This document shows, one piece after another, positions 42,870 through 53,538 of a stretch of 64,000 bases of DNA (the stretch's first letter is position 1; the number at the start of each line of letters is the position of its first letter). Both the position numbers and the translations under genes were made by a program. Under the pieces are notes generated by a model, which saw only the letters and a program-made list of their open reading frames with translations, was not told where the DNA came from and made no database searches. The stretch is from Octopus sinensis (lineage: Eukaryota): contig NC_043017.1 of NCBI RefSeq assembly GCF_006345805.1, forward strand, positions 11,594,001 through 11,658,000. The letters are read 5' to 3'.

Positions 42870-45800
42870 TGTGTGTGTATATGTTTGTGTGTCTGTGTTT
42901 GTCCCCCTAGCATTGCTTGACAACCAATGCCGGTGTGTTTACGTCCCCGTCACTTAGCGGTTCGGCAAAAGAGACCGATAGAATAAGTGCTGGGCTTACA
43001 AAGAATAAGTCCCGGGGTTGATTTGCTCGACTAAAGGCGGTGCTCCAGCATGGCCGCAGTCAAATGACTGAAACAAGTAAAAGAGTATGCAAACATCATG
43101 AAAACACAACAAAACAACAATGATGAGAGATAAAGGATAAAGTAAAAGTGATAATAAATAAATAAATAAATAAATAGGAGTGACTTACTTGAATTCCAGT
43201 TCAAACACAGACCCTCCACTGTCACTGCACACAGCAATCACAGGGCTGTCAGTGAACTGAAACAAAAAAATACATTATGACCAACCTTTACTACTGTTTC
43301 TTCATTAACTTAGCAACATGCTCTATCTTCTCACTACTATAAGGGCCACTGTTTTCATCAAACAACCCATTTAAACTTGCATAACTGCATTTGTGTTGTT
43401 TGTCTTTGGTTGTTAAAAATATTTTGGACTTTAATCCATTATGCTTATTAAAAACACTAATTTATGTGTGTCATAGTTGTTCTAGTGATAGGTTCAGTTT
43501 CCAGTTGAACTGGAGATTGGCAAGAATTTCCTAAGACATTAGCCACTACACGCATTTTTTTCTCTCCTTGTTTTTTCTGTGTCTCTTTCTGTAGAAGAGC
43601 ATAGGTTCGAAACATAAAAGACTTTTTCTATTCCTGAGCATTATACTGATACATCTGTTTGTTCTGTACACCACCTGTCTTCGTCTTTTGTTTTTTTTCG
43701 TAAACTCTCCCTATATATATATATATATACATGCATACATAATAGGATAAAAGTATAAACTGTCAAAACAATTGGTATCAGGGTTAGATTAGGATATCTC
43801 TATCGTTAACAATGAAGGTTGAGTTGTGACATGAATACAGATTATAAGAAGGGATGAAACAAGTAGCTACCTACATCCCTGCTTTTAGTTGCAGTTCAAG
43901 TCAAAGTTTTAGGCAGCAAGTCAACTTTGAACATTAATTATATGTACCTATTACTTTATGTCATCAGATGTAATGTAACATAGATATATGTCGGAGCACT
44001 GCATCCTTCAAAACTTCCATGCTTCCTGAGATTCGCCAACACTACACCTGATTTTCTCCCTTCCATACACATGCAAGCATGTATCTGACTCATACACTGT
44101 TTGCTTTCCACCGGCATGGGGGCCAGGTGAGGCTGGCAACGAACGCGAGTGGATGGTGCTTTTACGTGCCACTGGCATGGGGGCCAGGCGAGGCTGGCAA
44201 CGGACACGAACGGATGGTGCTTTTACGTGCCACCGGCACGGGGGCCAGGCGAGGCTAATAATTTCATTATTATTATTATATACACAGATACAGACATAAA
44301 CATATAATATGCTTGACTGATTACTTACTTTAACATGTAGAACAGCAGTTCCAGGTGGGTGAGCATCAGTGATGGTCCGGAGTAATTTTCCATTTGTTAA
44401 ATCCCACATGGTAATCTAGAAGACAGGAGGTGAGACATTTATGAAACAAAAAAACATGTATGTGCATGTGTAACTGTGTATGTTTGTTTGTGCATGACTG
44501 TGTTGTGTGTGTGTTTGGGTGTGCATGTGTGGTTATATAAGTGTATGTTTGTATCATTGTATGACGATGATGATGATGATGATGACCATCATTATTTAAA
44601 GCTACACCAGCCTCCAGTTGTCTGTTCTTGGATGGTTTCTACAGCTGGATGCCCTTCCTGATGCTAACCCATTTCTTTATTACCCACAAGGGGCTAAACA
44701 TAGAGGGGACAAACAAGGACAGACATAGGTATTAAGTCGATTACATCGATCCCAGTGCAGAACTGGTACTTAATTTATCGACCCCGAAAGGATGAAAGGC
44801 AAAGTCGACCTCAGCGGAATTTGAACTCACAACGTAATGGCAGACGAAATACTGCTAAGCATTTCGCCCGGCGTGCTAACGTTTCTGCCAGCTCGCCGCC
44901 TTCCTGATGCTAACCACTCTATAGAGTGTACTGGGTGCCTTTTACATTGTAACTGCACAGGTGCTTTTTAAGTATATATGCACATATAGACAGACAGATA
45001 GATTGCTAGATAGATAGATAGATAGATAGATTAATGTGTGTGTGTGTATGTGTGTGTGTTTGTCTTCCAACCACCACTTGGCAACCAGTGTTGGTGTACT
45101 TCCGTCCCCCTAACTTAGCGGTTCAGCCAAAGAGACCAATAGAATAAGTATCAGGCTTTAAAAAATAAATCCTGAGGTTGATTAGTTTTACTAAAACACT
45201 TCAAGGCAGTGCCCCAGCATGGCCGCAGTCAAATGACTGAAACAAGTAAAAGGTAAAAAAGATTGTGCTGGCAGTGTCCTTCGTTTCTGATCTTCTGTGG
45301 AAATATATCTGGCTATAGGAGAAATAATACTTGCTTGGAAACAGGTGAGGTTTGGCAACAGGAAGGGCATCCAGCTGTAGAACAATCTGTATGATACACA
45401 CATATATATATATATATATATACATATGTATAAAAATATATATTTACCTGGCCTTTAGCAAAGCCACAGAGCAATCGAGAACAATCTCTGTTGAAACTGA
45501 GAGCTGACACTGATCCATACTGGGCCCCAACAGCTGTACTTCCTAGACACCATTTCAATACCTGGCGTGGATCTAAAGACAGGAGAAAACAGAGAGAGAG
45601 ATGAACAGGGGATATTTATTATAAAAGAACAAAAAAGTCAGCTTATCAACTATTGGCAAAAATTTTGAATGAAGAGCATCTAACTGGCTGTAAAACAATA
45701 CATCAATGTGTATTCATCTAACCCATGCCAGCATAGAAAGATGGATGTAAGATAAATTAGTGAATAAATGGGTGTAGGCATGGATGTGTGGTTAAGAAGC

Positions 45801-45922
45801 TTGCTTCTTAACTATGTAGTCTTGAGTTCAATTCCACTGCGTGGCTCCTTCAGCAAGTGTTCACTATAGCCCCAGACAAAGTTTTGAGATTTGATAGATG
45901 GAAACTGTGTGGAAGACCATCA

Positions 45923-45959
<37 letters not shown>

Positions 45960-46976
45960 GTGGGGGTGATTGTGTGTACCCCTGTCTTGGCCATAAATGA
46001 GCATCACCATCATACAAATGATGTTTCTCATTTCTAGTTTTTCAAAAAAAGCATCTCTAACCATGGGGAAATATAACATTGCTAGGAAGCAAGTGAGGGT
46101 TGGTGACAGGAAGAGCATTTCGCCAAAGAAAAGATTGCCTCAGCAAATTCTATCTGAACCATGCAAGTGTGTCACTTCCATGGTCCTCTTGACTTTTCTA
46201 AGTTTCATCCTCTCATCACTCTTATTCTGTTCACCTTTTCAGGCCCTGTACAAATCCTTCTTCCACAGAATGTCATCCCACTGGAATTCTCTTCTTGCAC
46301 CACATTTGTTTTTTGTCTGCAGCAGTTCCAGAACATTAACTCTCTTGAAGTCATTGATCCCAGAGGATTTTTGAGGTTCTTGGGTACAGCCCTTTCCTCC
46401 AGACCAGACCAGACCAATACACACACAAAATAATAATAATAATAATATAATAATGATAATAATATCCTTTCTACTATAGGTACAAGGCCTGAAATTTTGT
46501 GGGGAGGGGGTTAGTTGATTATATCAACCTCAGTGCTCAAGTGGTATTCATTTCATCGACCCTGAAAGAGTGAAAGGCAAAGTCAACCTCGGTAGAATTT
46601 GAACTCTGAATGTAAAGCCAGACTAAATGCTGCTAAGCATTTTGTCCAGCATTCTAACAATTCTACTAACTCATGGCCATATTAAAAAAAAATAATCAAA
46701 AAACAAAAAAAACAAAACAGAAACAACAACAACAACAATAATAGACTCACCGAAAACTAGTACAATGCCATGGGATGTCCCAATTGCTATAAGGGATGCC
46801 ACAGCCTGTAAAGATATGGAAACACCACAGGTAAAAGAAATAAACAAACAATAAAACAAAACAAACAAAATAAAAATGAGGTAAGCAGAGGTTGGGGAGG
46901 GTCGAAGGAAAAGTGGTTTTGATTTCTCTTTTACCTAAAGTCCATAATAGCAACTAATATATATATATATAAATAT

Positions 46977-47007
<31 letters not shown>

Positions 47008-48673
47008 CATATATATGTACATATATAATAATAATAATATGAGGGAATATTATTCCAAACTTACAGGGAAAAATTCGATTTAGAAATACTAAATCAAATT
47101 TCACAAAATATAATATATATATATATATATAAATTAGAAAAAAGACACCTTTAATCAATTCAATAATGAAAAATTAAATTACACCATCTAAAAAATTACA
47201 TATTATAGAAAAATTAAATATAAGATATTTTCTACAATATGTAATTTTCTAGATGGTGTAATTTAATTTTTCATTATTGGTTTGACTGAGAACTGGTGAG
47301 CGAGAAGGCTGCACCAGGCTCAATCTGATCTGGCAAAGTTTCTACAGCTGGATGCCCTTCCCAACACCAACCATTCCAAGAATGTGGTGGGTGCTTTTAC
47401 GTGCCACCGGCACGAGGTCCAGTCAGGCGGTTCTGACAATGACCATGCTCAAAAGGTGTTTTTCACGTGCCACCAGTACATGTGCTGGTAAAGCGACACT
47501 GGCAACAATCATGTCCGAATGGTGTTTTTCATGTGTCACTGGCACAGGAGCCAATCCGTGGCCCTGGCAACGATCACGCTCGGATGTGCTTGTAACGTTC
47601 CATTGGCACAAGTGCCAATCAAGCGGTACTGTCATTGGCCACGTTATCAATTTTGATTTGTTTACACTTGCCTCAACAGGTCTTCGCAAGCAAATATTAA
47701 AATAGGTTTCTCAAAGGATCTGAATGGAACCCATCATTGCCTTGCCTCCTGCCACATAATTTTGTAGGTTGGGAAAAACTAACACAATAGAAAAAAAAAA
47801 CTATATATTTCTTATGCTCTAAAGCAGTGGTTTTCAACCAGGGTTCCACAAGAAGTTACAAAACTGCTAAAATCGGCAGTAATTTTTAATTCTCCTGTGC
47901 AGATATGTGTGCATAAGACTATTAAATTATTGCACAGGGGTTCCTCGAGCCAGTAGAATGTTTTCTAGGGGTTCCGCTCCAGCAAAAAGTTTGAAAAGCA
48001 CTGCTCTAAAGGGATTTTGAGTGCAGTGTAAATTAAATGATACTTACTATTGCTGATGGCTTCCCAGCATCCACTCTGTTCTGAAGAAAAGAAAAGCAAA
48101 AAAAAATATATATAACCCTGCTTTGTCTAGACATCCACATTATATATGCATATATATTTCTTTACTACCCACAAGGGGCTAAACATAAAGGGGACAAACA
48201 AGGACAGACAAAGGGATTGAGTCGATAACATCGACCCCAGTGTGAAACTGGTACTTTATTTATCGACCCTGAAAGGATGAAAGGCAAAGTCGACCTAGGC
48301 GGAATTTGAACTCAGAACGTAACAACAGACGAAATACCACTAAGCATTTCACCCGGCGCGCTAACATTTCTGCCAGCTCACCACCTTATTATATATACAT
48401 ATATATATCCACAATTATATACACACACCACACACCTTCCCCATCACACCGTTTTTAACATCCACATTTCCATGCTCACATGGGTCAGAAGGAATTTCTT
48501 GCGGCAGATGCTTTTCCTGTCACCAACTCTCACTTGCTTCCGAGCAAAGTAATGTTTTCCCATGGCCAGACAAGTGTTTTGCAGAAGACTGGAAACAAGC
48601 AACATTGGTGGTATGATGATAATGCTTATTTGCAACGATCACCTCGAGCAGACAAAGGTACACACGCACACAC

Positions 48674-48715
<42 letters not shown>

Positions 48716-51700
48716 AAAATCAAAATGAGGGTGAAAAATTGGATATTAATTTTATACCATCAATTTAACACCAGTGGTCTAGCATATAAAAAACTGAGAT
48801 TCACTAAATAGTATTTTCTATTTATGTATAAGAGGGAACCACTATGTGGAAACCCTTACTCTAGAAGAATATATATTCAGTCAGCCTGGGGCTAAAGTAG
48901 AAGACACTTGCCCAAGGTGCTGTGTAGTGGGACTGAACCCACACATAACCACACAGCCACACATGTGCCTATACTCCTACATTAGAAGAAAAGATGGAAA
49001 GAAAAACTTACTGCAGCAGACTTCAGCTGAGCTGAAATATTTTTCAGTTTACTCGGTTTTAGCACGGTGCCATGGGCTTCAGAACTACTTTGTCTTTTGG
49101 CTCTGGAAATGTAAATTGGTGAGAAAAAAAACAAAATCAACAGCACATTCTTGATATGTTGAAACAAAAATACAAATCCAATATTATTGTCATTATCTTC
49201 ATCGTTTTAACATCTACTATTCTAGGCTTGCATGGATCGGACAGAGCTTAGTGAGGCCAATTTAGCAGGGTGCCCTTCCTGTCATGAACCCTCACCTGTT
49301 TTCTAAGTAAGGCAATAATTTCCCAATCACCAGACACGTTCTTGTGGGATATACTGGAAATGATTGACACTGCTTGTATGACAGTGACACTCATTTACAA
49401 CAATCACACAATGTCAAGACAAGGAGACACAAACATACACCACACATATATCTTTCATCTTTTACTTATTTTGGTCAGTAGACTGTGGCCATGCTTTGAA
49501 GTATTTTAGTTGAATGAATTGATCCCAGTATCTATCTTTTTAAAGCCTGGTATTTATTCTATCAGTCTCTTTTGCCAAGCAGCAGTGAAGGACAAACACA
49601 AGTGTGTGTGTGTGTGCGTGCGTGTGTTCGTAAGTATGTATGTCTGTTGGGCTTCTTTCAGTTTCTGTCTACCAAATCTACACACAAAGCTTTAGTCATC
49701 CCACAGCTATAGTACAGGACATCTGCCCACAGAGTCAGACAGTGGGACTGGACCCACAACCATGTGGTTGTGCAGCAGACTTCTTACCACACAATCACGT
49801 CTGCACCTACATATACATACATACACACACATATACAATGGGCTTCTTTCAGTTTCCATCAAACAAATTCATTCATTCATTTGCAAGGCTTTGGCTGGCC
49901 AAGAGCTACAGTAGAGGAAACTTGCTCCTGTTGGAGCAAGCAGGACTGAACCCAGAACCATGTGGTTGGGAAACAGACTTCTTACCACACTGTGTCGTCT
50001 GCACTTACATATATATACATACATACACACACACACATACAATGGGCTTCGTTCAGTTTCCGTCAAACAAATTCATTCACTCATTCATTTGCAAGGCTTT
50101 GGCTGGCCAATTGCTACAGTAGAAGAAACTTGCTCCTGTTGGAGCAAGCAGGACTGAACACAGAACCATGTAGTCGGGAAGCAAGCTTCTTAACCCCACA
50201 GCCATGCCTGTGTAAAGGAGTACAGTGAAATAAAAATAGCAAGGGTGTCTTGGCATCACTCAGCAAGACTTTTGTTAGCCGCTCTCCAGCCATCTATTTA
50301 AAACTGTATACAGCTATGGTACGACCACACTTGGAATTCGCATCATCAGTTTGGAATCCCTATCTTGCTCAGAACATTGACCTCCTGGAATCTGTCCCGA
50401 GACGTGCAACCAAACGCATACCCTCCATCAGACACCTACCATATTCTGAGCGCCTTGTTTCCCTGGGCATGGATTCACTGAAGCTCCGGCGTCTGGCGAC
50501 GGACTTGGTAAACGCCCACAAAGTTGTCAACTACCTCACCAACAACAACACTGAACACCTTTTTGATCTCCATGTGTCTAACACACGTGGACATGCCTAC
50601 AAAGTCAGAAAACAACACAGCTCCCATGACTTTCGGAAACATTTCTTCACGCTCAGAGTTGCTGAAGCATGGAATAAACTGCCTGCGTCAGTTGTTGACT
50701 GCCATGATACTGCATCCTTTAAGGCCCTCATGCTTTCCGAAATCCGCCGAAACTACACCTGATTATATATACACTTTAGATGAGTTGTAGTGCACCTGAG
50801 CACTGTACACAATTATTATTATTATTATAAGTTGTACTCACGCTGTCCTTTGTCTGGGTCGATCGGAGATGAGACTGTCCTGACTGGACATGGAGGACGT
50901 CTCCACAGAATCCCCTTTGTACAGTTGGGACAAGGAACCAAGTTCCTCATCTTCCAACAGAAGTTCATCATCATCATCAGGCTACAAAGACAAAAACATA
51001 AAAGTAATCATCATCATCATCGTCAACATCACCATTATAACACCACTATCAATGCTGTTATCATCATCATCATTATCATCATTTATCACCCCTTTTTTCC
51101 ATGTTGGCATGGGCTGGTGAGTTTGAAGGGAGTTTGCCAAGCCAGAGGACTGCACTGACATGGTTTCAATAGTTGGATGCCCTTCCTAATGCCAACCACT
51201 TTACAGAGGGTACTGAGTACATTTTATGTGCCACCAGCAATGGTGAGGTAGCCAAGTACCCAGAGAAAAGACCCCCCTCAACTGAGCTGGGTATAGACTG
51301 GAGGAATAAGAAACTGATGGAGGGAGAGAAGCAGGTGTCTTGCTGAAGGGGTGAATACATTGCTTGTCTACCTGGAAAGTGGGAGAGAGAGAGGGGGGAG
51401 GAGGAAGAGATGTGATGTCCACGTACAACATGAATATGAGACAGAACAGGAAGTACATTTATAAAAAATAGTGTGATGGATGATTAGAGGTGGAGAATGA
51501 GTTGGATGTAAAGGATGTGAGTTCAGTGTAGGGGGCGTGAAGAAAATAGGGTAACATGGAAGAGTGGTAGTCAAAAGATGAGTTGTAGGGGGAAGCTTCA
51601 GAAGACCTCGTTTCTACTGAGATCGATGGATCTTCTCATGCACAACACATCACTATTCATCTTGGTTCTCTGTCCTCTCCTCTGAGAGGTTCAACGTCTT

Positions 51701-53084
51701 GAGGTCAGGCTTCACCACTTCATTCCATGTCTTCCTAGGTCTACCTCTTCCATATGTCCCTTCTACATTTATGACCCATGCAAGCATGGAAAAGTGGCCA
51801 TTAACCCTTTAGCATTTAAACTGGCCATATCCAGCCAAAAGTATTCTGCTTGTTTTATGTTCAAACTGGCCAGATCTGGTCTCTCACACCAACCCTACAA
51901 TATCGTTTTAAAAATTAACAGCTACCTCATCAAAATCTCAAAACTACAAGATAATGCATGATTAGTTCAAGGCAATGTGGATAAAAAAGGATTAACTTTG
52001 GCAGAATAATGTGAACACTAAAGAGTTAAAAGAGGATATTGATGAGAATGATGACGATGATGATGTGAGAAATGATACAAAGCAATAACCATTATGTCTT
52101 TATGCCATTATCAAAATAAGATACTTACTGCATTAAGAATGCTTTCTAAAGTCGGAGGAGTTTCTACAGGAGGTAAATCAAATTCTTGAGCATCCAACTG
52201 CAGTAAAAAAGAAAATGGGAGAAATTAGAGTTTTGTATATTATGAAATGAATAAGAAATCATTTTTGCTCCTAATGGAGTTTCTGTCAAGTGAGGGTTGA
52301 AACCTGCTGCTGAATAGTGTGAGGGTCATTTTGCCAATCAAAATACATGCACCGTTCTATTTCACTGCTATTTATTGTCATTAGTATTTCCAATAATAAT
52401 CCTTTCTATTATAGACATAAGGCCTGAAATTCTTTTTTTTGGGGGGGGGGGCGCTCGTCAGCTACATTGACCTCAGTACTTGACTGTTAATTATTTCATT
52501 GCCCATGAAAGGATGGAAGGCAAAGTTGAGCTGGATGGAATTTGAACTCACAATGTAAAGATAGATGAAATACCACTATGCATTTTGTCCAATGTGCTAA
52601 TAATTCTGCCATAATAATAATAATAATGAACTGCTCAATACCACAGATTTGTTGGCAAGTTGCTTGACCATAACCAGTTGAGCATGTCTCTTGGTGGCTG
52701 ATGAGTAGTGGGGAGCATCATAGCCATGCTGAAAGGAATTCTTTAGGGTTTGAATAACTGACTTCTGGAAACATGGGTATTTTGTTCATCATCCTTAAAC
52801 AACCCTTATTCAGGGACCTTTTGAGCAGGATGAGCTACTCGACGTGAAGAAAATTCTAACTGGGCCCCACCGGCAAGGTCATGTACTGTTTAACATTACT
52901 GTGCAGTGGGTCCCAGTATTTCTTTAATTGCTTTTTAAGCTTGGTGTTTATTCTATTGGTCCTTTGTGCCAAACTACGAAGTTGTGGGGATGTAAACAAA
53001 CCAACACTGATTGTCAAGCAGTTGTGGGGGCAAACACAAAGACACACATGTAAACATACAGATAATATGTATGTGTGTGTATAA

Positions 53085-53115
<31 letters not shown>

Positions 53116-53232
53116 CGCATACATATTAATAGACAACAAAAGAATGAAAGAGACCTCGATATTATGTAAATAGAGAAATTTATTTGTAATATATGATAAC
53201 CCAATAATTGTCACATATTATATTAGACATAA

Positions 53233-53321
<89 letters not shown>

Positions 53322-53488
53322 TTTATTTAAAAGCAGCAGGAATTCAACAAAACCTGTTACTCGGAGTTTCACGTTCCCGTTCGTCGATTTTGTTGAATTT
53401 CTGCTGCTTTTAAATAAAGCATATTACTCTACCCCTAGTATTTAAGTACTCTTTTTTCCACCTTGTTTCACATTTATGTGTTTACTCC

Positions 53489-53538
<50 letters not shown>

